64,000 nucleotides of DNA from an uncultured Candidatus Entotheonella sp. (GTDB taxonomy: Bacteria; Tectomicrobia; Entotheonellia; Entotheonellales; Entotheonellaceae): contig OZ244252.1 in NCBI GenBank assembly GCA_965217185.1, positions 2,432,001 through 2,496,000 of the forward strand, in the 5' to 3' direction. Below are positions 10,992 to 20,440 of this stretch, piece by piece. Every line of letters starts with the position of its first letter. Positions within the stretch are counted from its first letter, which is position 1. The position numbers and the translations under genes were made by a program. The notes under the pieces were generated by a model. That model was not told the DNA's origin, ran no database searches, and saw only the letters and a program-made list of their open reading frames with translations.

Positions 10992-11786
10992 TCATTGGTT
11001 GCGCTCGCTGGCGCTCGCTGCGGGTGCGAGGCGGTCGAGTTTTTCGCGGGACGCAGCGGCGAGGGGACTACCAGGTTGCAGGGCGATGACCCGTTCCAAC
11101 GCCTGACGCGCCTCGTCCACCTGTCCAGCAGCTAGCAGCGCATCGCCGAGTCCCGCGTACGCCGCCGCATAGGTGGGTCGCAGGCGAACGGCATCGCGAA
11201 AAGCCTGGATGGCGGCGTCAGGGCGCCCCATGCGATCGTATGCCAAGCCCAGGTTGTGGTACGCCTCGGGCAGACCGCGGTAGGTCAGGGCGCGGCGAAA
11301 CTGCGCCACCGCCAGCTCGAACTGTCCCTGCTGTGAATAGGCCAGTCCCATGTTCACGTGCGCCAAGGCGGGCCGGTCGTAGCCGGGGTTTTTCAGGGCG
11401 CGCTGCGCCAAATCCAGAACCTCTTCGGGACGGCCGCGCAGTAACAACAGGGTGCTGTAATTCACCAGAACGGAGGGCGGCGGGTTACTCTGCTGCAGCG
11501 CTTGCCGGTAGGCGTCTTCGGCGAGGTCGAAGCGGTTGCGAATTTGGTATGTCAGGGCCAGAAGCTCGAAGTAGCTCGGCTCGCGCGGCCGCAGGCTCAG
11601 GGCTTGGCGGATCGCCTGTTCGGCGGCATCGTAGGATTCGGCGCCGAGATACGTCTGCGCCAATTGGTAGTAGTTGTCGGCCTGCGCCCGCCGTTCGGCG
11701 ATCGTCCCGCAGCCCAGCGACACGCCGGCGACGGCGAGGAGCAGGACCGAAGCAAGACGGCGGGCATTTGTGGAAATTGGCTTCAT
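10992..11786 (-). CDS. TPR lipoprotein, PilF/PilW-like
   Basis: Lipobox SLGC, multiple TPR repeats, ALKNPGY motif; near pilC. Confidence 0.7.
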   Translation of the reverse strand: MKPISTNARRLASVLLLAVAGVSLGCGTIAERRAQADNYYQLAQTYLGAESYDAAEQAIRQALSLRPREPSYFELLALTYQIRNRFDLAEDAYRQALQQSNPPPSVLVNYSTLLLLRGRPEEVLDLAQRALKNPGYDRPALAHVNMGLAYSQQGQFELAVAQFRRALTYRGLPEAYHNLGLAYDRMGRPDAAIQAFRDAVRLRPTYAAAYAGLGDALLAAGQVDEARQALERVIALQPGSPLAAASREKLDRLAPAASASERNQ

Positions 11787-11842
11787 ACGAGGCTGGCCTC
11801 AGGTTTGGCGAAGCAGTGCCTGCTCATACCGATTTGTGGGCA

Positions 11843-13015
11843 TCATGGCCCGCCCAACTGCGCCAGCCGTTCGATGAATCGAGGCTTGCGCGCGTGTCGT
11901 TCACGGAGCGAGCGAACGTGGCTCGTAAAGGTTTCTGTTTCGCCGTCTTCCCCGGCCAGCGCCTGTAGATCGAGGAGCAGGCTTATGGCCTGTTCATAGC
12001 CGTCGGGGTTACGTTTTGAGATCGCCTTTTCGACCTCGTTCCAGACCTCGGTTCCCCGACGCCTGACGGCATCGAGGCGTAGCCGTCGTGCTTCCTCGGC
12101 CTCTCGTGCCTGCCGTTGTCGCTCGGCCTCCCGTCGTTCGGCTTCGATGGCCTCACGCGTCGCGCGCCTCTCGGCGGCGCGGCTGCGAAGGTCCGCGACG
12201 GTTCTGCGCTCCGTGTACGTCTCGCCTGCTGCAAACGCGACGGCCTTGCGAACCCGCGATCGAACCTCCGCTGCCACGTGCGGGTCGCCGTCGGCGAGGC
12301 GTTGAAGCAGCGCTACTTTCTCCGTTTCTGGAATAGCCGCAATGACCTTGGGGGACGCGTCAGTGGAAAATTCTCCGCCATCCTCGGGTCCGGATGACTC
12401 CACAGCCGATTGCAGGAGGTCTGGATCAATGCGGAAGAATTCGGCGAACGCTTCCAGCGCACCGGTAAGCCGCCCGATGCCCGGCAGCGGCTCCGTTTCG
12501 TCGTCTTCCAGTTCGCCACGCTCCAGCGCCTTGAGCCAGAGGAGGTAGAAAAGTCTCAGATCGCCAGAAAGCACGTCAGCGCGAAGGGGCGCCAGTGCTC
12601 CGAGCCATCTGGCGCCGTCGTCCCAGTCGCCCCATTCTTCCCACTCATCGTATCCCGACGACTCTTCGTCGTATATATCGACACCTATATCGACGATCAG
12701 ATTTCCCCCGGATTCCAGGATGTCGACCAGATCGGTTCCGCGCAGGAAGGCATCAAGATGGGAACGGTCGACGAGGTGTTTTGGCAGCCGCATCATCAGC
12801 CGCCGCGTTCCCCAATTGGCGAGATACAAATGCAGGTCGAACCAACGCTCCATCAGTTGTTGGGGATCACCCTTGAAGTTGCCCCATTCGTAGTGATTGG
12901 TAAAGCTTGTGGCTGTGATCCGCGCCCGCGTCGATAGACTTCGCAGTGCTGACCTGTCCGTCTCGCTGAGCGGCCGGTCGATGGCCTGGAATTCGTAATA
13001 CTGGTACTCACTCAA
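11843..13015 (-). CDS. conserved hypothetical protein (SEYQYYEF.A.DRPL family)
   Basis: TTG start with AAGGGAG RBS; N-terminus SEYQYYEFQAIDRPL and C-terminal RHARKPRF resemble a widespread uncharacterised family. Confidence 0.7.
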   Translation of the reverse strand: MSEYQYYEFQAIDRPLSETDRSALRSLSTRARITATSFTNHYEWGNFKGDPQQLMERWFDLHLYLANWGTRRLMMRLPKHLVDRSHLDAFLRGTDLVDILESGGNLIVDIGVDIYDEESSGYDEWEEWGDWDDGARWLGALAPLRADVLSGDLRLFYLLWLKALERGELEDDETEPLPGIGRLTGALEAFAEFFRIDPDLLQSAVESSGPEDGGEFSTDASPKVIAAIPETEKVALLQRLADGDPHVAAEVRSRVRKAVAFAAGETYTERRTVADLRSRAAERRATREAIEAERREAERQRQAREAEEARRLRLDAVRRRGTEVWNEVEKAISKRNPDGYEQAISLLLDLQALAGEDGETETFTSHVRSLRERHARKPRFIERLAQLGGP

Positions 13016-13205
13016 TGACTGATCTCCCTTGCGTTTAGGAGCCCAGGCGTACCGATGTAACAAGTCGTTTGCAGACTGAGGCAGTGACCCGAACGGTGGC
13101 CGCGCAGCCTATGGGTTGACTAACGGTCACCGGGGGCCTATCTCTATGCGTGTAACGCCCAAAAGAAGGAACTCGAAACTGTGTGCCTAAGGACAAGGAA
13201 CCACA

Positions 13206-14055
13206 ATGAATGCCGCTGAAGGCTACAAGGACTTCACGACCCGTCTCAAACTGCTGATCAGTAAACAGCCTGAACTCATTACGACGACGCTTGGAAATAT
13301 CTTCACGCTGCGGCTTATCGGGAACAAAACGCACGGGGACCTCGCCGAAATCGCCATTGCCGAATTCATCAATCAATTCATGTACGACTTCCGCTCCATT
13401 CACGTTGGAAAGGACCTTTATCGAGCCAAGTCCCAGGAGGAAGACATCAAAGTCATCAACGAGATCACAAAGGACGAATTTCCAGTCAGCCTCAAGGCGT
13501 ATGGCGTTGGACCGCTGCAACTGTCCACTGACAAGACTTATTCCATGTTTCCGCGCCTTGTGCAGGAAGACGGCGATATCGTTGGAACCGATAACATCAA
13601 GAAGATTCTCGATGAACCTGCGTTCGCCAAGTTCAGCAACGTTAATGTTCTGCCGTTGATCTACGATGAGAAAGCTCGACGCTGCAACATTATGGTGTTT
13701 GACTACCTTCGTGCACGCGAAGCGACCATGCGCATTGTCCGTGAGGGACCAGGCCGGGGGAGAAAACATCCGGTCTATCGGTTTTATGATGCCGAAGACG
13801 ACTACATTTGCGAAGTTCGCTACGGTGATGCTGTCGCGAACGCGCTTCAGCGCGGGCTTTGGACGGATACCAAAAGGGGTCTCAAGTTCTTCGACAGCAT
13901 CACGAATGGCTGGGATCGATTACGCCGACAATCTCGTCCTCGTGGAGCTTTTTTCGCATGCCCTTGTTTCGTCCGCCGCCGGTCATACAACCGCGCTTGA
14001 TAAGATCAAGGAAGATATTGATCGCCTGAAACAGCAAGCTGGATTTTCACAATGA
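13206..14055 (+). pseudogene. putative type II restriction endonuclease with +1 frameshift at 13912-13914
   Basis: PD-(D/E)xK-like spacing (GDLAE...EEDI...SLKAYG); removing one G from TGGG restores GWIDYADN...AGFSQ ending at TGA 14055, which overlaps the MTase ATG. Confidence 0.6.
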
Positions 14056-15184
14056 ACAACTTGCCGCTGTTCGATGATATCGTTGTCGATGCCCCCCAAC
14101 GGAAGGTATAAAATATGCGGGTTCAAAGCGTAGACTCTTACCCTACATTCTTGAATTAACGCAACGAACGGGGGCAAAAACCGTCCTTGATGGTTTTGCC
14201 GGGTCAACTCGCGTATCCCAAGCATTTGCCCAGTCAGGATATCAGGTGATCAGTAATGACATTGCTGTTTGGTCGGAAAATTTTGGAATTTGTTATCTAC
14301 TGAATCCTGAGCCGAGAGAGTACTACCTGCCGTTGATCCGTCATTTGAACCGTGTTCCGCCCAAGGAAGGTTGGTTCACTCAACACTATGGCGGTAAACC
14401 AAACGGCGGTGTGGCCGTTCAGCGCGATGGCCTCAAAAAACCTTGGCAGATTCACAATACTCGCAGACTGGATGGTATCCGTGAGGAGATCGACAATCTT
14501 TCACTCTCACCAGCCGAGAAGGCTGTTGCATTAACAAGCCTGATCCTGAGTTTGGACCGGGTAGACAATACACTGGGTCATTTTGTTTCGTATCTCAGGA
14601 AATGGTCGCCTCGGTCCTATAACGAGTTGCATCTCGAAGTACCAAATCTATTCGTCAATACAAAGGAAAATGAAGTCATACGCGGAGACATATTCAACGT
14701 TGTTAACCGTCCCGTCGACCTTGCGTACTTTGATCCACCGTACGGTTCCAATAACGAAAAAATGCCACCTTCACGAGTACGGTATGCGTCATACTATCAC
14801 TTATGGACAACCATTTGTCTCAATGACGAACCAGCATTGTTTGGCAAAGCCATGCGCAGAAATGATACGTCTGACCTTGTCTCGAGGTCAGTATTTGAAG
14901 AATTTCAAAGGAATCCTGACTCAGGACGATTCCTCGTGGTTGAAGCGATCGAACGTCTGATCCAATCCACGGCGGCACGTTGGATCATTCTCTCCTATAG
15001 CTCGGGCGGCCGTGCAACCGCGCATGAGGTGAACGATATTCTTTCCGCAAACGGCGATGTCGTTGATATCATCGAGTTGGACTACAAGCGCAACGTCATG
15101 GCAGGAATGAAGTGGACCAACGAATGGCTTCGTGACGCGGAGTCTCCCAATCGCGAGTTTCTATTCTTAATTGACAAGGGTTAG
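14052..15184 (+). pseudogene. DNA adenine methyltransferase (D12/Dam-like) with 1-nt frameshift in C6 tract 14092-14097
   Basis: KYAGSK, motif I DGFAGS and motif IV DPPY are in one frame; the ATG at 14052 joins it only if the tract is C7. Confidence 0.85.
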
Positions 15185-15254
15185 ACCTACCCACCAACTT
15201 CTCCATTTCCTTGGGAGGCTTTGCCCACCGGTAAACTATTCCCAGGAATCCCAC

Positions 15255-16745
15255 TTACAACCTCTCTTCCGAAAGCATCTCGGCAAACAGGGCCGCTGTC
15301 CATTCAGAGGCGCCTAGGTGCCGCTGTAACAGATCGTTTACGGACTCACCCAGGGCGCCGGACCAGTAGTGGCGCAGCCAAGCGCCGCTGTCGGGGTTAC
15401 AGAACCAATCGGCGGCGAACTGCTGGTGCAGGGTTTCTATGAGAACGCAGGCCAGGCTCTGGCTCCACAGGGCAGCGATCGACTCGTAGTGCCAATCGAC
15501 ATCGAGAAGGTAGTATTCGGGCGCGTAATCGACGCAACAGGCTTCCATCATCAGATCGCGGTAGGTGTCGGCGGCGCCGGCCAGGGAATCGACGGTGTAC
15601 AGGTGGCGGGTGAACAGGAAACGGCCCAACTGCCGGCGCAGGCGGTACAGGCGGTCGAGCCGGCGCCACAGACGGTAATTTTCATCCACGTGCACGGACA
15701 GGTAGTGTCGCAGCCAATCGGGATGGGCCACCAGTTCGGCCAGCAGACAGGCGCTGCTCTCGGCGATGGCCGGGTCGGCGAGGAGGCGGTGGATCAGCGG
15801 CAGGTCTGGGTCGGTGTGGGCCCAGAGCAGCGCGCGGCCCAAGGCGCCGGCCCAGAGTTCGGCCCCCTTGAGGCCGCTGATGGGTGGGTAGGCGAGAAAC
15901 ACCTCGTCGGGAACGTGGGGCGCGAGAGCCTCCGGCGGGCCGAAGTGGCTGGGGCGTTCGCGCCAGATCAGGCGGCCATCGGCGTTCGGGTCGAGGCCCA
16001 GGTGCCGGCAGCAGGCTTGCATGGCGGGCACCAGCGCGCCCGGCTGGTAATACTGCTGGTATTCGGCGAAGGTGAACAGGGCCAGAACGTCGTGCCGCCG
16101 CAACTGGCTGAGCGGCAGGCGCAAGCGTTGCTTGACTGCCCAGGCCAGCAGATCGACGTACACCTCGCGGGTTTCTTCCAGGACCTCGATTGCCGCATCC
16201 TGCTGCGCGGCGGCGTCGATATCTGCGATGCGGCGCCACAGGCCGTCCGGGGAATCAAAACCGAGGTCGGCGGCGGTGCGCCGGTGCGCTTCGAAGTATG
16301 CCTCAAAGGATTCATTGACCGTGCCAAGTTGCATCACGACGGCCGATTCGATGGCCGCCCGCTGGTCGCGCCGGCGTTCGGCGGCCATGTGGGCAAAGGC
16401 GTGGCGCAGCGGGATGGCTTCTTCATCAACGTAACAGGTGGCGCCTTGCAGTCGGGATTGCGCGGTGTGCCAAGGTGGCCGCAGCCTCTGTTGCACGTGC
16501 ATGCCGAGTCCCCAGGCGTTGAGGCGCCGCATGGCGGGCCGCTGAGCCTCCGGGATGTTGGTGCCGAGGTTGGCAAAAGCCTGGAGGGTGGGGATTGTGC
16601 AGGCAGATTCCGTTTGCGCCATCGCCTCGGCCAGTCTGACATCCCGCGTCTCACCGGGCGGGGTGTCGAGGTGGGCGAAGGCGACGTTGCGGTGGTATGT
16701 CTTGCAAGCGTCGAGGAGTTGTTCCGAACTGTCGGTGGAGGCCAT
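15255..16745 (-). CDS. M3/oligopeptidase-fold-like protein lacking HExxH
   Basis: C-terminal half resembles zincin/M3-like proteins (..RALLWAHTDPDLP..DPAIAE..HPDWL), but no HExxH motif is present. Confidence 0.5.
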   Translation of the reverse strand: MASTDSSEQLLDACKTYHRNVAFAHLDTPPGETRDVRLAEAMAQTESACTIPTLQAFANLGTNIPEAQRPAMRRLNAWGLGMHVQQRLRPPWHTAQSRLQGATCYVDEEAIPLRHAFAHMAAERRRDQRAAIESAVVMQLGTVNESFEAYFEAHRRTAADLGFDSPDGLWRRIADIDAAAQQDAAIEVLEETREVYVDLLAWAVKQRLRLPLSQLRRHDVLALFTFAEYQQYYQPGALVPAMQACCRHLGLDPNADGRLIWRERPSHFGPPEALAPHVPDEVFLAYPPISGLKGAELWAGALGRALLWAHTDPDLPLIHRLLADPAIAESSACLLAELVAHPDWLRHYLSVHVDENYRLWRRLDRLYRLRRQLGRFLFTRHLYTVDSLAGAADTYRDLMMEACCVDYAPEYYLLDVDWHYESIAALWSQSLACVLIETLHQQFAADWFCNPDSGAWLRHYWSGALGESVNDLLQRHLGASEWTAALFAEMLSEERL

Positions 16746-16766
16746 GGGCGGTTTACGACCCCCGTC

Positions 16767-17048
16767 TTACTTACGGCCGCCGGCGATCGCGGGGATGATG
16801 GCTAGCTCATCGCCGTCTTGCACAGCCGTTTTCTCGCCGTCCATGAAACGAATGTCCTCGTCGTTCAGATAGAGGTTGATGAATTTGCGGATGGCGCCGC
16901 TATCGTCGCACAGGCGCTCGCGAATGCCGGGAAACCGCGCGTCGAGCTCGCCTACCACGCCATCAATGGTGGTGCCGCCGACTTCAACCGCGCTCTGGTT
17001 CTGCGTGAACTTCTGCAATGGGGTGGGGATGCGTACGACAACAGGCAT
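16767..17048 (-). CDS. MoaD/ThiS/CysO-family ubiquitin-like sulfur carrier
   Basis: VRIPTPL, INLYLNDEDIRF, IIPAIAGG plus RK extension. Confidence 0.88.
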   Translation of the reverse strand: MPVVVRIPTPLQKFTQNQSAVEVGGTTIDGVVGELDARFPGIRERLCDDSGAIRKFINLYLNDEDIRFMDGEKTAVQDGDELAIIPAIAGGRK

Positions 17049-17164
17049 ATCGACTCCTTTGTGAACACGATTGGCACGCCGTGCGCTTCCGGCAAGCCAC
17101 GAAACGTGCGCGTTTGACCGATGGCCGCAAGGCGGTGTTCGTGCGGGACGGCCAGCGGCACGGG

Positions 17165-19099
17165 CTAGAAAACGTATTGCGAGTTAACCACCAGATCGCC
17201 GTCGCGCAGCAATTGCTGGTACTGCGCGGCGAGGGACTCCTGAAACGCCTGGACCAGTTGGTTTTGCTTCTGAGCAAGCAGTTGCCGGCGGTAGTCCGGC
17301 AAGTCTGCCTTGAAGGTGTTCATGTCGGCATCGCGGTATTCGATGACCTGAACCACGTAGGTGCGGTCGCCCTCGCCGACCGCCTCGGCCTCGTTAGGCT
17401 GCAGTTGAAACGCCGCACGGCGGAACTCGCTCACATTGCCGAGGTCGGGAACTGGCTCGTTGCGTTTGAACCAGCCGGTCTCGGTCACCTGCAATTCCAA
17501 GGCACCAGCCAACTCCGCCAGCGATGCGCCGTCGCGCAACTGCGTCACCCATTCGGCACCCGTCTCCGAAGCCAAGTCGGCGCCCTTGCTGTCGCGCGCG
17601 TCCCGGGTGACGCGCTCCACGATGTCTTCCAGCGGCGGCACCTTGTCGGGTTGGGTCTCGGCGACCTGGAAGATGTAATGGTTGCCGTTCGTGCCGACCA
17701 CGGCATCGACGGCCTGCCCGCGCAGTGCGAAGGCCCGACCGATGAGCTGCGGCGCCTGGGCCAACTCCTCGATGAACCCGGCGGCTTCCACAAAGGGCGT
17801 GGTCGCCACTTCCAGACCGTGCTGGTCCGCCAATTCCGCGAACCGCTCCGGCGCCTCATCCATCGCGACCACGAGGTCGTCCACGAAGACCAAGGCGGCT
17901 TCGCGGGCCTTCTCGTCCTGGAGGGCGTCGATCACTTCCTGTCGCGCCTCCTCGAGTGGCTTGATGCCGGCTTCCATCCGTTCCTCGACGCGCAGGATGT
18001 GGAAGCCCAGCTCAGTGCGCACCGGATCGCTGAGTTCCCCGATGGGCAGCGAAAAAGCGGCCTCTTCGAGCGGTGGCATCATCCGACCGAGCGGGAAGAA
18101 GCCCAGGTCACCGCCCGCCTCGGCGGTGCCTTCGTCCTCCGAGTGTTCGGCCGCCGCGGCTACAAAGTCAGCACCGCCGCGCAGGTCGTCGAGCACGCCC
18201 TGGGCGACACCGCGTACCCGTTCCTCACGCTCTGCAGAGGCATTTTCGGGCAGCCGGAAAAGAATATGCCGGGCCCGCGCTTCCTCACGCCGGACGAAGG
18301 CTTCCGGATGACTGTCGTAATACGCGCTGATTTCGTCGTCAGTGAACTTCCGCGCCACCTGAAAGGGTTCTGGGGTCACGGTGAGGTAGCGAATCTGCCG
18401 CCGCTCGGGCTCGCGGTAGGATTCTTTATAAGTTTCGTAGTGAGTCTTCACCTCTTCATCACTAACGGAGGCCTCGGTCTCGAACAGGCTCGGGACGAGG
18501 GTGACGTAGCGCACGTTGACCTGCTGATGCTCGTGACGGTAGGCCTGTCCGGCTTCAGCGTCGGTGATTTGGGCACCCTGTTGCACCAGGGCGAAGACCT
18601 TGGACTGCAACAGGCTGCGGCGTTGTTCGTCCTCGAATTGTTGCATGGATACGGGGGGCACCACACTCGCCAGGGCGGCGCGGTAGCGGTCAGAATCGAA
18701 TTGCCCCGGAGGGTTCTGAAAACCGGGTTGGCGGGCGAGGTGGGCATAGAGCTCGGCGTCGGTGACCTCCAGGCCGTTTTCTTCGGCTATGCGCAGGAGC
18801 AGGGCGCGGCTGACGATCTGCTCGAGAGCCATCTGGCGAAAGTTGAAGTGCTCGCGCAGGTCCATGTCGGGCTGGTTGCCGAAAACCTGCCGGTATTGTC
18901 GATACAGGGCGTTCTGGGTGCGCTGGAATTCAGCCGCCTCGATCCCCTGGCCCCACAGCGTGGCCACTTCCGTGCGCGCCGGGCCGGAACTGGACTGCAC
19001 GCCCCAGGAATAGAAAATTGTTACCACAAAGGCAAGGACGACGGCCCACAGCACGCCTTTGATCATCCATGCCTGGGCCTCGCGCATCTGTTTTAACAT
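17165..19099 (-). CDS. ppiD: SurA-N/rotamase peptidyl-prolyl isomerase, PpiD-like
   Basis: N-terminal TM anchor, ARHILF, SED..GGDLG, GFHIL. Confidence 0.85.
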   Translation of the reverse strand: MLKQMREAQAWMIKGVLWAVVLAFVVTIFYSWGVQSSSGPARTEVATLWGQGIEAAEFQRTQNALYRQYRQVFGNQPDMDLREHFNFRQMALEQIVSRALLLRIAEENGLEVTDAELYAHLARQPGFQNPPGQFDSDRYRAALASVVPPVSMQQFEDEQRRSLLQSKVFALVQQGAQITDAEAGQAYRHEHQQVNVRYVTLVPSLFETEASVSDEEVKTHYETYKESYREPERRQIRYLTVTPEPFQVARKFTDDEISAYYDSHPEAFVRREEARARHILFRLPENASAEREERVRGVAQGVLDDLRGGADFVAAAAEHSEDEGTAEAGGDLGFFPLGRMMPPLEEAAFSLPIGELSDPVRTELGFHILRVEERMEAGIKPLEEARQEVIDALQDEKAREAALVFVDDLVVAMDEAPERFAELADQHGLEVATTPFVEAAGFIEELAQAPQLIGRAFALRGQAVDAVVGTNGNHYIFQVAETQPDKVPPLEDIVERVTRDARDSKGADLASETGAEWVTQLRDGASLAELAGALELQVTETGWFKRNEPVPDLGNVSEFRRAAFQLQPNEAEAVGEGDRTYVVQVIEYRDADMNTFKADLPDYRRQLLAQKQNQLVQAFQESLAAQYQQLLRDGDLVVNSQYVF

Positions 19100-19267
19100 C
19101 GGGGTCCCCTTGAATACCGGCCGAGCCTCGCGGCCCTGGAATGAAGCCGTTGTTGCCGATTCCGTTTCTCGTTATAGTGAAACACCCTAGGACAGGGTTT
19201 CCGCAAAGCAGTTTGGGCGCGAAAGTCGTGACTATAACGTAAACCCCAGCGGGTTGTAAACGCCGCC

Positions 19268-20392
19268 ATGACCTCTACGATTTCCTCCGACGCCGCATCC
19301 TGGTTAGCCCTCAACATGGTATGCGACAACTGGCCCGCCGTGCGCGGGCAAATCGTCCGGCATACCGCGACGCCGGACGACCTGTCGCGGTTGCAGCATC
19401 ACGGCCTGCCGGAATTGGAGCGGGTCGTTCCCGGCCTCCGCGACAAACTGACGGCGGTGCGGCAAGGCGCGGCGTTCGCGCAGGAATGCGAACGCCTGGA
19501 GGCAAACTGGGCGCAACTCGTCACCTTTGCCGACGCGGCGTACCCCGACCTGCTGCGCTGGCTGCCGGACCCGCCGCCGGTGCTGTACGTGCGCGGCGAG
19601 TTGCTACCCGAGGACAAGCTGGCCATGGCGGTGGTCGGGTCGCGCCGGCCGAGCCACTACGGCCAGTTGATGGCCAAACGCTTCGGCGCCGAACTGGCGG
19701 AGCATGGCTTCACGGTTGTCAGCGGTCTGGCGCGTGGGATTGATAGCCTGGCGCACCAAGGCGCGCTGCAGGCCGGCGGCAGGACCATTGCCGTGCTCGG
19801 CTGCGGCGTCAATCGCATCTACCCCGCCGAGCACCGCCGTTTGTATGACGCCGTTCGCGACCAGGGCGCCGTGGTGTCGGAGTTTGCCTTCGACACCAAG
19901 CCCGACCGCTGGAATTTTCCGCGCCGCAACCGCATCATCAGCGGCCTGTCCTTGGGTGTGCTGGTGGTAGAAGCCTCCGACCGCAGCGGCTCGCTGCACA
20001 CCGCGCACCACGCCGTCGAGCAAGGCCGCGAGGTGTTCGCGGTGCCGGGCCGCATCGACGGCGAGAGCAGCCGCGGCACGCACCGCCTGATCCAAGGAGG
20101 TGCCAAGCTGATAACCGGTGTCGGCGACATTCTGGACGAGTTGCCCGATGCGGTGCGCACCGCGGCTTTGCAGCAGCACGCCGCCGCGCAGGCGCTCGCC
20201 GAGGAGGCGCCGGCCGATCTGTCGCCGCAGGAATCGCAGATTCTGGCGCTGCTCGGCGGCGAGGAGAGCCACATTGAGGCGGTTATTCACGCCAGCCAAT
20301 TGCCAGCCCACGTTGTCGCCAGTATATTAGCTACTCTTGAGTTGCGAGGCATGGTGCGACAGTTTCCCGGCAAATTTTTCGCACGAAGTTAA
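19268..20392 (+). CDS. dprA: DNA-processing protein DprA
   Basis: VVGSR, VSGLARGID, FPRRNRIISGLS; upstream of topA. Confidence 0.95.
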   Translation: MTSTISSDAASWLALNMVCDNWPAVRGQIVRHTATPDDLSRLQHHGLPELERVVPGLRDKLTAVRQGAAFAQECERLEANWAQLVTFADAAYPDLLRWLPDPPPVLYVRGELLPEDKLAMAVVGSRRPSHYGQLMAKRFGAELAEHGFTVVSGLARGIDSLAHQGALQAGGRTIAVLGCGVNRIYPAEHRRLYDAVRDQGAVVSEFAFDTKPDRWNFPRRNRIISGLSLGVLVVEASDRSGSLHTAHHAVEQGREVFAVPGRIDGESSRGTHRLIQGGAKLITGVGDILDELPDAVRTAALQQHAAAQALAEEAPADLSPQESQILALLGGEESHIEAVIHASQLPAHVVASILATLELRGMVRQFPGKFFARS

Positions 20393-20440
20393 TCTTGGGA
20401 CCTTAAGAAGACCCCCGGCACCTGGGAGTGATGATCAATC

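Noticed and set aside
17071..17086. Sigma54-like TGGCACG..GC motif
   Set aside because: On the strand opposite to the flanking genes and lacking TTGC; likely chance in high-GC DNA.
17018..19096. Long antisense or alternate-frame ORFs (also 38991-41159, 52265-54667, 36141-37712 and others)
   Set aside because: Shadow ORFs of well-supported genes, expected from high-GC codon bias; no recognisable motifs.
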